Shown: positions 25,275 to 37,678, numbered from the stretch's first letter. The stretch is DNA of 64,000 bases from Felis catus (GCF_018350175.1 NC_058382.1:55430001-55494000); one strand, 5' to 3'. The notes: generated by a model not told the origin, from the sequence alone. Program-made: numbers and translations.

Positions 25275-25785
25275 TGAGCGGGGGAAGGGCAGAGAGAGAG
25301 GAAGACACAGAATCTGAAGCAGCCTCCAGGCTCCAAGCTGTCAGCACACAGCACACAGCACACAGCCCCTCTCATGAACTGTGAGATCATGACCTGAGCC
25401 GAAGTCGGACGCTTAACGGACTGAGTCACCCAGGCACCCCCAAAGCCTTTTTTAAAAGTTTATTTATTTCTGACACAGAGAGAAAGAGAGAGAGAGATTG
25501 ATTGATTGATTGAGAGTGCAAGGGAGTAGGGGAGGGGCAGAGAGAGAGTGGGAGAGAGAACCCCAAGTAGGCTCTGCATTGTCAGCTCAGAGCCAAACGC
25601 AGGGCTCAAACTCAAACCCTGAGATCATTACCTGATCTGAAATCAAGAGTTGGACATTCAACTCACTGAGTCCCCCAAGCGGCCCTATGTGTGTACATGT
25701 TTGTATAAACAAGGAAGGAATGTAGAAAGACACACAAAACTCTAAGTTACCTTAGAAGAGATTAATTTTAAAAACATATACATTG

Positions 25786-26005
25786 GGGCGCCTGGGTGGC
25801 TCAGTCGGTTAAGCGTCCGACTTCAGCTCAGGTCACGATCTCGCGGTCCGTGAGTTGGAGCCCGTGTCGGGCTCTGGACTGATGGCTCAGAGCCTGGAGC
25901 CTGTTTCCGATTCTGTGTCTCCCTCTCTCTCTGCCCCTCCCCCGTTCATGCTCTGTCTCTCTCTGTCTCAAAAATAAGTAAACGTTAAAAAAAATAAAAA
26001 AAAAA
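25786..26005 (+). mobile_element. Young SINEC_Fc
   Basis: Near-consensus copy with TSD AAAAACATATACATT. Confidence 0.9.
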
Positions 26006-26059
26006 CATATACATTTCATTATTTATTTTACGTAATGAACAGGCATTGCTATATTTTAA

Positions 26060-26350
26060 AGTAAATGTATATATAATTAAATTGTATATAAGCACCCATT
26101 GTTTCTTTATCAAATATGTTTATATATTTAATTACATGTAATTTATATGCTAAAATTTAAATGCATAAGTTATATATTGTTTAAAATTATATTTATTAAA
26201 TAGATAGAATGATAGTTAACATTGTGTATTTAATTTTATACATAGAAGTTGGTATTGCTTCTATATTAAAAAACTATACATAAATGTATATACACATGTT
26301 CATACATATTATATATATTGTATACATTATATTTTATATTGTATATAATG
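26060..26350. repeat. AT-rich low-complexity tract
   Basis: Degenerate (TA)n/TATATG sequence. Confidence 0.8.
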
Positions 26351-26887
26351 ATCACGAAAACAGATGTAATAGAATGTTTGTGGCAACACTATTTGTAAGA
26401 CCCCCAAATTGGAAACAACTCAAATGCCCATCACAGTATAATGGATAATTTATGGCATATTTACACAATGGAAAACCACAACAATGAGAATGACCACACA
26501 ATACATGGATGAATCTCAGAACGTAGTGTGTGATTCCATTTACATAATGTCCAATGCCAGGCAAAACTGCTCCATTCTGGTCATTGGGACAGAGGATCCT
26601 GGGAAGGGGGTTGGGAGTGGAGGCTCCGAGGCTGGCTTGTTTTCTCTTTCTGCTGCTGGTCACACAGGCTATTCAGCTTGTGGAAACCTAGACATGTGTG
26701 TACTTTTCCATATGAACGCTGAAAAGTGTATTACATACCATTATAAAGCTCATTAAAAAAAAAGCCATTTGGGAATGCCTGTCTTTCCAACAGAAGCCAG
26801 TTCACAAGGGCCTGCATCCCTGGTAGGGTCGGACACGTCCAGTCTGGCCTCCCCAGAATCTGAGCCTCCCTTCTTCTTGCATCACAG

Positions 26888-27231
26888 GTATCGCGGGCAC
26901 GAGTGAAATGTGGAACAAGCTGGAGCAGGACATCCTGGACAACCTTACCCCCGAAGTGCTAGAGGACTATGGGCAGGACTATATCCTTGAGCAACGGGAT
27001 TATCTCAAGTTCATCAGCAGGTGTGCCAACACTGATATGTCCCCTGTGCTCCTGGACATCCGGCATGCCGTGTCTGCTAAGAGCCCCTTTGCCTTTTACT
27101 CGCCAGGGCCGATGGCTAATCCAATGCTCTGCTTTGTTTCATTTAGTCCTACTGGCATATTTGATTATTTTAGCAAAAAGTTGCATCACTTTAGAGGGAG
27201 CATGCCCAAGGCGCTAACTAAGCAGGCCTAA
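26888..27231 (+). CDS. HSD17B2: HSD17B2 terminal coding exon (exon 5)
   Basis: cttcttcttgcatcacag acceptor. Spliced frame reads (S)IAGTSEMWNKLEQDILDNLTPEVLEDYGQDYILEQRDYLKFISRCANTDMSPVLLDIRHAVSAKSPFAFYSPG...MPKALTKQA* (ORF 26908-27231). Matches recalled human IAGTSDKWEKLEKDILDHLPAEVQEDYGQDYILAQR. Confidence 0.96.
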
Positions 27232-27304
27232 CTGAAGAACAAGGCATGTAGGCAAATATGTGAGGAGTGTTAGTCTTGGAACGAAAGGGAAACCTGAACT
27301 TCCC

Positions 27305-27310
27305 ATTAAA
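27305..27310 (+). promoter_or_regulatory. Probable HSD17B2 polyadenylation signal (ATTAAA), implying a short 3'UTR
   Basis: ATTAAA about 75 nt after the stop codon, followed by GT/T-rich sequence. Confidence 0.55.
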
Positions 27311-28629
27311 GTTGTGGTTTCCTACCTTGTATTTCCTGTGAAGTCTGTTGGTTGAATAGGAATTAATGTTGAGAAGGCTGGTGGCTAGAAATGACCCCCA
27401 TGACGCATGTGAATTGAGAGTCAGCCTGCTCTGCACACATACATTTCAGATATTCTCTCATCTAGTTCTCATTAGAGAACCATGGTAGGTATCTTCACCC
27501 CTACTTAACAGGTAAGGGAATGAAGGATCAGAGAAGTTAAGTTGCCCATTCATTGTCACACAGCTAGCAAAAGGCAGTTCAAATTGAAATCCAGGCTGGA
27601 TCCCACTGCCTGCCAGAGGAGGAAGACAAAGAGATGACAGGAAAAATGAGATAGAGAAGGGAAAAAGAGGAAGAACCGGCAAGGGTCATAGTCAAATGGA
27701 GTTTTTCTCGCTGTGAATAGACAGCCTGCTGTAACTACTGTATTCAAGGTACTGGTTCAAGTGTGTAATCAGTGCTCTGTGCACCTCCTCTCCCTTCCTC
27801 TGTCTGGAGCCCTGGAGAAAATAGGATGAGGTTTCACATCTCAAGCAGGCCCCAGTGGCCTTTTTGGCAGACCCAGGGCACGTGAATGGCTGATTTAGTG
27901 TCCATAGTAACTATCACTTTCACCTTCCTCTGAGCATCCCAGGCTGGAAAAGCCAGCATCATTATCTAGAGAAATCAGCCAAAGGGAGCAAGCTCAGATA
28001 CTAAGAGAGGTGGGGGTCAAGTTCACCTGCAGGGGGCAAAAGGGGAGGAGCTGGTGAACAGAAGGGACATAAAAGGAACTAGAAAAAATAGCAGCTTGAC
28101 ATGAGGGAAGCAGAAGTCCAGACATTATTCATTGCAAACCTCTCTTTGTCCCGTTTTCTGTCTAGAATGTGAAGTTTCTTTCTCTATTTTCCAACCTCCT
28201 GGAGATTTTAGGAGGGTAAACTCACAATGCTCTGCAATTTTCCCCCAAAATAAAATAATAAATAACAAGATAGTGAGATAAACAGTTATGAAATTATTAA
28301 TCTGATAAATTTTTAATGGCTATTCATGCCTGGTAGTCATTGCTTTACAGCAGAGCATAAAGAAAGGAAAAAATAAAAATCAAAGTTTAACTGATGATGT
28401 CCAAAATAGGCACTTTTTGGAGAGGAGAGTCGTCAAGGCCAAAGCTTCCATTGGCTTGATTCGGATGTGGAGGGAGCAGAGGGTTTGTATAACCAGAGTT
28501 TGGAGGGGACCTAGGATTGTGTGTTTCACTAAAAGTCAGTGTTTTTTTCATCGTGATCCTTGAACCTCAGCATCAGCATCACCTGGGAACCTATTAGAAA
28601 TGCAGATTCTCAGAAGCCAATCCAATCAT

Positions 28630-29320
28630 ATCTTAGGTTCCTATGGCTCCTGTAACAAATTATGGAAAACTTAGCAATTTGAAACAAAATACAGTAAAAC
28701 CTTGGACTGTCAGCAACTTGTTCTGCGAGTGTTTCACAAGGTGAGCAAACATTTCTAATAAATTTTAACTTGATAAATGAGCCATGTCTTGCAATATGAG
28801 TACTAAGTGATGCCAAATGTCACACGATCACAACTGAGCCAGTATTTCTTGAAATTTGCTTTGATATACAAGTGCTTTGGATTACAAGCATGTTTCCGGA
28901 ACGAATCATGCTCACAAACCAAGGTTTTACTGTGCGTTTACTATTTTACAGTTCTGGAGGTCAGAATTCAGAAATGGTTCTTCCAGGGCTAAAATCAAGT
29001 TGTCGGCAAACCTGTGTTCCTTCTGGACGCTCTAGGAGAGAATTCATTTGTTGTTTCTTCCAGCTTCCAAAGACCTCCCATATTCCTTTGCATCGTTCCA
29101 ACCTCTGCTTCCATGGTCTAGTCTCCTCTACCTCTGCCTTCCTATTATTAGGACGCTTGTGATGGCACTGGGCTCACACGTCATCCAGAATAATCTCCTC
29201 ATCTCAAGATCTTTAACTTAATCACATCTGCAAAATCTCTTTTGCCACATGAGGTCACATATGGTTCCGGGGAATTGTGTGCCCTTATCATTACTAGAGG
29301 CAATTATTCTACCGACCATA
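28630..29320 (-). mobile_element. MLT1 (MaLR) LTR, interrupted by the MITE and itself splitting a MER5A
   Basis: TTCCTATGGCTCCTGTAACAAATTA...CAGTTCTGGAGGTCAGAA...CTTAATCACATCTGCAAA. MER5A halves at about 28540-28625 and 29320-29408. Confidence 0.75.
28692..28932. mobile_element. Tc1/mariner Tigger-type MITE (241 bp)
   Basis: Perfect 14-bp TIRs CAGTAAAACCTTGG...CCAAGGTTTTACTG. TA on the left and TG (decayed TA) on the right. Confidence 0.85.
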
Positions 29321-29851
29321 CCTACTGAACCTGAAATTCTGGGGGTGGGCCCAGCAACTTGTACTGAGCCTTCCAGGTGGTGCACACCCGTGTTTGAGAA
29401 CCACTGCCCTAGGCCACAGAGTAAGCAGGCTGGGGGATATGTGGTCAGGCCACAGAAGGAGGGGGAAAGCTCTTTGAAGACAGTGGGGGAGAGCTGGAGA
29501 TACCAGGTTAAGACCTGAGTGTGGGGCCTACTTTCTGTTCTGATGAAAATTCCATGAGGCATGGGGAGAAGGTGCTGGATAGAGATTGAGAGGGTCTGAG
29601 AATCCCAGATTGGAGAAGTTCCTAACTGGTTTCCCCCAGGAGGACCTTGGGATTACCTGGGATGGAAGTACAGTACAAGGTGGTCTATTTAGCTACAGAG
29701 AGACTGACAGCCGCTTCCCACTATTCCAATCTTGACTCCCTTGGGCCTGGGTGACAATGGGGAGGTCTGGAAAAGTCACTGAGGCTCCTGGAGACAGTAG
29801 GCAAAAGAGCTAAGAATGAGCATCGGGATGCCCATGGGGCCAGTGAGGGGC

Positions 29852-30093
29852 TGTTATGCCCAGAATTCGTGATCCCCAAAGACCACCAGGGAGCCGAGTC
29901 TGATGCAAAAGCAAAGAGCCTTTATTCAAGCTAGCTTGAGCTCAGTCCCCTACCTGCACCGAGGCAGAGGTGAGATACCGGAGAGAGAGAGAGTGGGTTT
30001 CAAGAGCACAAAGGTTTTATAAGGATCATGGCCTTAGCCGATTGGCTGGGGAAGGGTCGTGGCCTCAGCCGATTGGCTGGGGAAGGATAGAAC
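29852..30093 (-). mobile_element. Truncated young-looking gammaretrovirus-type LTR
   Basis: TGTTATG terminus. On the minus strand, 31-bp CCAAT-containing tandem repeats (30021-30082), then TATAAAA (30015-30021), then AATAAA (29921-29926). Several CpGs retained. No clean TSD. Confidence 0.7.
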
Positions 30094-30919
30094 AATGGCT
30101 GCCAAGGTGTGGTCCCAGATCAGCTACTGAATCAGAAACTCTGGGGGTGGGGCTCAGCAATCTGTGTTTGAACAAGTCTTCCAGGAGATTCTGATGCACC
30201 TGAAGTTTAAGAACCACTGTGTCTGAGGGTCTCTAAGATGTTTGGTCTCAGTATATACAGAACGTTTCTCACTGGTCACCTATTAACCATTGGCTGTCAG
30301 ACTTGCTGTGCTGTATAAATACCTAGCATCAAACACCATCCCCAGAGACTCTGATTTAATTGGTTTGGGGAGGGGTAAAATGCTCCCAGGTCATTCTAAG
30401 CCTGGACAGGGTTGAGGGCTCCTGCCTCTGGCCCCTACTTGAGAGAAGCCCTCCCTCTTCTACTCACACTTTCCATGCCTCTCACACTCCCCTTCCTCCC
30501 ACCTTAGACTTCGGAAGAATGCATCAATCGGTAGCCTGCTTTCTTAGAAAACATAAGTGACTCAAGGGGAGGAGGCGTGGTCTGAGGTTTGAGCGGGAAC
30601 TTCTTTCTGAGGCCATGTCAGGGACATAGTTACTAGTCGGCCGACCCAGGTGTGCTCTTTCAGGGCTGCTGTAGCAGAGGCCGCTGGATCGACAGCCTTG
30701 ATGGGGCCGAAATGAGGATAAGAAATTCAATGGAGGCCAGTGAGTAAGTGATAATGCTGCCTCCCCAGTGCTGGACCAGCTTCTAGGAACCCAGATTCTG
30801 AGGACAAGAGAAGGAGAAGGGGGGAGAATTTCACATGCTACTGCACATTCATTGGGAAGACCATGTTTTAAACCAGCAGAGATTGTTACCTGAAAGTATC
30901 AATAAGCATTCAAACCTAT

Positions 30920-30984
30920 TTCCTTCCTTCCTTCCTTGCTTCCTTCCTTCCTTCCTTCCTTCCTTCCTTCCTTCCTTCCTTCCT
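30920..30984. repeat. (CCTT)n microsatellite at a short SINE tail
   Basis: Directly visible. Confidence 0.9.
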
Positions 30985-32098
30985 TTAAGTAGGCTCCATG
31001 CCCAACATGGGCTTGAACTCATGACCCCAAGATCAAGAGTTGCACGCTCTACTGACTGAGCCAGCTGGGCGCCCCCAGATATATTTCATTTTTAGCACAA
31101 TACCTGTAGTTTCTCAGAAAACAAGAGAGACAAGTATTACCTACAAAGTCTCTCCATGCCCTAGCTATGTTGGTATTCCTGGTTTACCACAAGAAACCAC
31201 TTACAAGCTAATGGCAGAGGGAAGCCCCCAGTGCATCCACAGTTTGACCGGCATGATGAACAAAAAAGTGAGATTTAACAACAGGACTCTTGGCAAAACC
31301 ATTTCATTCTCCCAGCCCTGCCCTTCTGCTCAAGGGCAGGATACAAGGTACATGTAATACCTGGTCACATGATGTCACATGCAAATCGCATGCAAAACCT
31401 CACCTACTCCCCTTTCTCTGTTCCTTTTCTGTATTTCCCCAATGCTGGCAGCAGGAAAGTAGGTGATCCTTACAACACAGCCAGGATAAGAGGAACGAAT
31501 TAGGAAAATATCCTGTGAAAACATGATTTCTTTATTACACTGGGAGCTGATAAATGCCTAAATAAGCTTTGCTATATTATTTGAATGGAACATTAAATTT
31601 CATCGGTTTCATTATACTGGTGCTAAAGACCATGTTTGGGGAAGCTATTCTAGATGGTGTAATCCTGAGGAAGAATAATTCCATGCAAATAGCCCTGTGG
31701 GTTGTGGGACCTCCTGCCCAAGGAAAGTCCCCCAATCAGCTCATACATAGTGGTCCACTCAGGGGCTTGGGACACCTGCTCTGGCCTGGCTCAAAATAAA
31801 GTGTTTCTCTACCCACGTGTATTGTAACTCAGTATTTCCCTCCAGGATCTCAGGCTTGGGGATGACCATGGCAGGATTGGATGGGTGTTTCTGAGACTGA
31901 GTTCAATACCCGGCTCAGAATTCCGCAACAAGAGATAAGAATCAGGAGCGCCTGTGTGGCTGAGCGTCTGACTCTTGATTTTGGCTCAGGTCGTGATCTC
32001 AACGGCTTGTGAGATTGAACCCTGTGTTGGGCTCTGTGCTGACAGCGTGGAGCCTGCTTGGGATTCGGTATCTCCCTCTCTCTGCTCCTTCCCCACTT

Positions 32099-32137
<39 letters not shown>

Positions 32138-34827
32138 ACAAATAAATTAAAAAAAAAAAAGTTAAAAGAAAAAACATTTTTTTTCTATTAAAATTTCTTT
32201 TCGGGTTTTATCTCTGAAGTCTGTGAGTCTTATCCCTTTGAAACAAGGTGAAACAAAATGCTTGCTGAACTGCATGGTGCAAACCAAATATTTCGGTTGA
32301 TCACTGGCAGTCCTAAACTACTGGAATGATATTTGGCTAGGACAACAGTTTAAGGCACATTGTGTCTAGGGTGATAAGACATTCTGTCCTGGATTATCAT
32401 AAAACTTATTTACCATATTGCAAAATATAGAATGACTAAAGTAAAAATCTCAGCTTACCATGGGAAACAGGAAGCTTAATAAGTAAACTCAAGGCTTTTG
32501 TCCCAAATTATTTCTTACATTCAGGTTATTCCATTCATGTCAATTGCCCTACAAATTTTAACTTTATTTAAACTCTACTTTCTGTTTTTCCTCCTTTTTT
32601 TCACACTAGATGATGATCCACCGACAGATATAATGTAATCTCTCTCGGTGTTGTCCAATATTCTCTCTCCTGACTATTCAAGGTGAATTCCATATACAGT
32701 AGGTCTTAACTTGAGACATAACTATTCTTTGGTCTGGGTATGATTTCTAGGTAAGATTTAAATGTTTGCACACAAAATTTTTCACTGATAAACACAAAAT
32801 TCATACTATCATCTTGAAAACCCACAGTAGAGTAAAACAGCTCTGAAAAATCATAAGGGGTTGGGGTCCCTGGGTGGCTCAGTTCGCTGAGTGTACAACT
32901 TCAGCTCAGGTCATGATTTCATGGCATGTGAGTTCAAGCCCTGCTTCAGGCTCTCTGCTGTTAGCATGGAGCCCTTTTTGGATCATCTATCTCCCTCTCT
33001 CTCTGCCCCTCCTCACTCACTTTCTCTCTCTCTCTCTCTCTCTCTCTAAAAAATAGACACTTGAAAAAAATCATAAGAAGTCTAGGCCAATACATGTCAT
33101 TGCCCTTGTAATGTTGGATAATTTTGGGAGATGTGTGCTGCCCAGACTCTACTTACCTTCCTATTTGGAAGTCATTCCCCACATGTGACATCTTGGTGGA
33201 AAGCAACGCTACAGAAGCCAGAAGATCTAAATCCTGCCTCTGCCCACATCTCAGCCTTTAGGATTTGAGCATAATGCATAAATGTTATGACCTTCCTAGG
33301 ACATGGCATATGGAGGGTGCATATCAACAACAATGATAGTTGTTGTTACTGTTGCTTAGCTCTTTGGAGACATTTGGTTCCATTCATCAATTTTTCTTAA
33401 AAAAATTTTTTTTATTACATTTATTTATTTTTGAGAGACAGAGTGAGACAGAGTGTGAGCGGGGGAGGGGCAGAGAGAGAAGGAGACCTAGAATCCGAAG
33501 CAGGCTCCAGGCTCTGAGCAAGCGTTTAGCACAGAGCCTAGCACGGGGCTCGAACCCACAAACTATGAGATCATGACCTGAGCTGAAGTTGGACACTTAA
33601 CCGACTGAGCCACCCAGGCGCCCCACCAGTGATCAATTTTTCAATTCTGGTGCTCCAGCCTTTCCTTGAGTATGTGAAAACTCCCATTTTGTTTTTTAAT
33701 TTCTTTAATGTTTATTTTGAGAGAGAGAGAGAGAGACAGAGTGTGTGTGTGGGAGAGGGCAGAGAGAGAGGGAGAGAGAGAATCCCAAGCAGGCTCCTCA
33801 TTTTCAGCATGTAGCCCAATGCAGAGCTTGATCCCATACACCATGAGATCATGACCTGAGCCGAAATCAAGAGTTGGATGCTTAACCTCATAACCTGAGA
33901 CAAAATTAGGATTTGGATGCCTAACCGAGTCATGCTGGTGCCCCTCCCATTTTGTTAAAAGACAGTCAGAACTCAGATTCTGTTGCTTGCAACCATGAGA
34001 ATTCTAATTTACATCCTACTCCTCACCACAATGTTTTCTATTTAAAAAAAAATTTTTTTAATGTTTATTTTTGAGAGAGAGAGAGAGAGCAGCGAGGGGC
34101 AGAAAGAGGGAGACAGAGAACTCAAAGCAGGATCCAGGCTCTTAGCTGTCAGCACAGAGCCAGATGTGGGGCTCAAACCCACAAACCATGAGATCATGAT
34201 CTGAGACAAAGTCAGACGCTTAAGTGACTGAGCCACCCAGGTGTTCCCACTGTACTTCCTCTGCAGTGTTTTCCAAGACCCACTTCCAATACACATCTTC
34301 ATGGGTTGTCAGGGTGAATGGCACCAAGAAGGATGTACCATTTACAAAGAGGGATGGCATGTACATTTCCCCCATACACCACACCAGTCGCTCCCTCCTC
34401 CTCTCCTGCTCTGTCTGGGGCTCTCTCCCACCTGCAGAACTGCAGCAGGATGAGGCCTCAGGTAGGTCCTGGATTCCCATCTCTTCTTTTTGGTTCCTGT
34501 TGAGAAATAGCTTTATAATCCCCAGCTGGAAAGCGTCAGTCTGTGATATAAGGGGTGAGATTATGATGTGACCTGGGCAGGTTGGGAAGGATGAAAGGAA
34601 GAGGCAGTTGGAGTGGGCCCTTTTCCAGGGAGGGTTATACAAAGAGCTGGTGGCTCTACTTGTGTCTCTCTGCTTTAAGATGAAAGGACCACTCTCCCTT
34701 CCCCTTGCACAGTGATTTGCTTTTGTTTCGTGTTTGGAATACTGGTTGATATGGCTTCAAATATGTCACGTTCTTGGTGCCTGAGTGGCCAGGTGGTATG
34801 CTGTGGGCATTTTGGATTCGCATAGGA

Positions 34828-35153
34828 TTATGGGCTCTATGTGTCCCCTCAAAATCCTTCTGTTTCAATCCTAACCACCAATGTGATAGTATTAGGTGGA
34901 GCCTTTGGGAGGTAATTATCCCTTGTGATGGAATCTGTGCCCATCCGGGAAGAGTAGGGAGAGAGCTTACTTTTTTCTCTTGCCAATGAGAAGGTGGCCA
35001 TCTGCAAACCATGAAGGAAACTTTCTCCAGACAGGATCTGCAAGCATCTTGATCTTGGACTTCTCAGGCTCAAGAACCATGAGAAATAAACGTTTGTCAT
35101 TTGGTGGCTCAGCCTGAGGTAATTTGTTATAGCAGCCCAAAGTGACTAAAACA
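34828..35153 (+). mobile_element. MLT1A-like MaLR LTR
   Basis: TGTGTCCCCTCAAAATCC...AATGTGATAGTATTAGGTGG...TTGTTATAGCAGCCCAAAGTGACTAAAACA. Confidence 0.78.
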
Positions 35154-36419
35154 CACTGACTTGAGTTCAAACTGTGAGCCTGCTGTTAAACAGTTGAATG
35201 ATCTTAAGCAAGCTGTTAAACTCCTCTGCATCTTAGGGTCAATTTTTTCTTTTTACTCTAGAAATAGGGGCAATGGTATTTTAATCCATACAGTTGTTGT
35301 GATGATTAAATAGGATAATAATGCAAAGGATTTAGCCCGTGCCTGGCATTTAACAAGGGCCTATAAATGGAGTGATAGTAACTGTTTCCTCCTTGCCATG
35401 GGAGAGCATTTGCTATGGACAAAGGTCACACTGGTGTGTCCTTTCTTGCTGGAGGTCAGATGTTGGGAACACCAATATGGCTCTGCATTTTTGCAGCCAT
35501 AAGTTTCAGAACGTTCTGATCCAAACAGGGGATTTCACTGCCAATTGGCTAATGTTTGTCCCTTCCACAAGAACACAACAAGTCTTTCATGGACAAACAA
35601 TGAAGTTTATAACTCCCACTCTTCATGATAAGAATCCCTACTGCCTTCCCCTTTTTTTGTTGTTTTAAAGCTGATAATCATCTATGGCTTTCTATGTGCA
35701 GGAGCTCTGTTGAACAACTTACTTGGATTACCAAATAAATCCTCCCATTTACCCTGAAATATGTACTATTATCATCTCCTTTTTTAAAGATTAAATGAAA
35801 ATTTTTGTTTAAAAATTTTTAAGTAATCTCTCCACCTGATGTGGGGGTCAAACTTACAACCCTGAGATCAAGAGTAACATGCTTCACTGACTGAGTCAGC
35901 CAGGGACTCCTATTATCTCCATTTATTGGTAAGAAACTAGGCTTACTGGGGCACCTGAGTGGCTCAGTTGGTTGAGCATCCAACTTCGGCTCAGGCCATA
36001 ATCTCATGGTTCGTGAGTTCAAGCCCCACATCTGGCTTGCTGCTGTCAGTGCAGAGCCCTTTTTGGATCCTCTGTCCCCCTCTCTTTGCCCCTCCCCTGC
36101 TTGTGCTCTCTCAAAAATAAATAAACATTAAAAAAAATAAAAGAAAGTAGGGAACTAGGCTTACAAAGTGAGGTTGCCCAAAGTCACATTTCAAAGCTAT
36201 TACGTAGTAGAACTGAGTTGTTTTTTTTTAATTGTGGTAAAATATACAAAATATAAAATTTATCATTTTAACATTTTTAAGTGTACAACCCAGTGGTATT
36301 CAGTATTCACAATGTTTTGCAACCATCACTTCTATACATTTCCAGAATTTTTCATCATCCCCAGGGTTGAACTTTTCAAGCTGAGTTTGTTCAACTTCTA
36401 GTGTGTGAAAGGAACGGTT

Positions 36420-36660
36420 GTGCAGTGGTTAAAGCACAAATTCTTTCAGGGTTCCAATCTCAGTTCTGCCATTGATGAGCTATGAGGTTCTTGGAGAAGT
36501 TACTTGATTTTTCTAGCACCTCCATACTTTGATCTGTACACAGAGGTTGATTATCAATGGTACCTATCTCATAGAGTGGTTATAATATTAAATAACTTAA
36601 TCCATCCTGGAAATAATTTCCTTGGGATATGGTAGGCATGCAATGAGTATTAGTTATTAT
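36420..36660 (+). mobile_element. MIR (further MIR pieces at about 35160-35380, 48810-49010 and 63870-64000)
   Basis: GTGGTTAAAGCAC...AAGTTACTTGATTT...GTACCTATCTCATAGAGTGGTT core pattern. Confidence 0.65.
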
Positions 36661-37256
36661 TCCTCCATACTGCTAATTATAGGGCGCTGTAGTAATGATG
36701 GGTGGGGAGCTAGAACATGAGCATTGTGTGGAGAAGTGAAATTATATTGCTTCCTGACATAATGCTGATGGGGTTTCATCAGGTCACTAAAATCTTCTCT
36801 GATGTTGAAAGGCAACAAGCTCTCTCTCATCACTAGATAACCAGGTAGCCCGAACAGGACACTGATAGAGTGGGCTCCCCTGCAGACGGAGAGCCTGGGA
36901 AGAGCTGGAGAACACAAACCTGGGTAGGTACCTTCTTCAAAACCCTCTCCTCTGGTCTCCAGGACAGGAGCGTAAGACTCATGAGTTCCATGCCACCCTC
37001 CACCTCCTTCCACAATGGCAAGGAATAGTTTTCAGAATATGTTAAAATGTCAGATAAATACCCAATGGACACACAGCAAAGTTTTATTTAACTCATTAAT
37101 GAGAGGGCCAGTGGAGAACCAGAGAGTAAGTGAAAGCTCTGGCTTAGCCATGAAGGAAGACTTAAATAAATACCATCTCTCACTGAAGGAAGGTGGGGGG
37201 GAGGAGCAAAGAAAATTTGAGGTCAAAGGGACCTATTTAAAAAAAAAAAATTTTAG

Positions 37257-37678
37257 GGGCGCCTGGGTGGCTCGGTCGGTTAAGCATCTGACTTCGGCTC
37301 AGGTCATGATCTCATGGTCTGTGACTTCAAGCCCCGAGTCAGGCTCTGTGCTGACTGCTCAGAGCCTGGATCCTGTTTCAGATTCTGTGTCTCCCTCTCT
37401 CTCTGCCCCTGCCCTGTTCATGCTCTGTCTCTTTCTGTCTCAAAAATAAATAAACGTTAAAAAAATTTTTTTAATAAAAAAATTAAAAAAATTTTTAATG
37501 TTTATTTATTTTTGAGAGGTGGGGGGAGGCAGAGAGAGAGGGAGACATAGAATCCGAAGCAGTCTCCAGGCTCTGAGCTGTCAGCACAGAGCCCCCAACA
37601 TGGGGCTCGAATTCACAGACCGCGAGATCATGACCTGAGCTGAAGTCTGACGCTTAACCAGCTGAGCCACCCAGGCGC
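37257..37678. mobile_element. Tail-to-tail inverted CanSINE pair
   Basis: + copy at about 37257-37470 abuts a - copy at about 37480-37678. Confidence 0.88.

Noticed and set aside
26885..26893. CAG|GTATCG at the HSD17B2 last-exon acceptor as a recursive splice site
   Set aside because: Poor donor consensus at +4 to +6, a terminal exon with no downstream acceptor, and the GT is explained by a Ser codon.
30021..30088. 31-bp direct repeats as a CRISPR-like array
   Set aside because: Tandem units with no spacers, inside an LTR U3 in a mammalian genome.
34220..34642. Overlapping 140-aa and 115-aa ORFs resembling a retrocopy
   Set aside because: No recognisable protein, poly(A) or TSD. The ORF runs into a SINE and the sequence looks like an ancient LTR.
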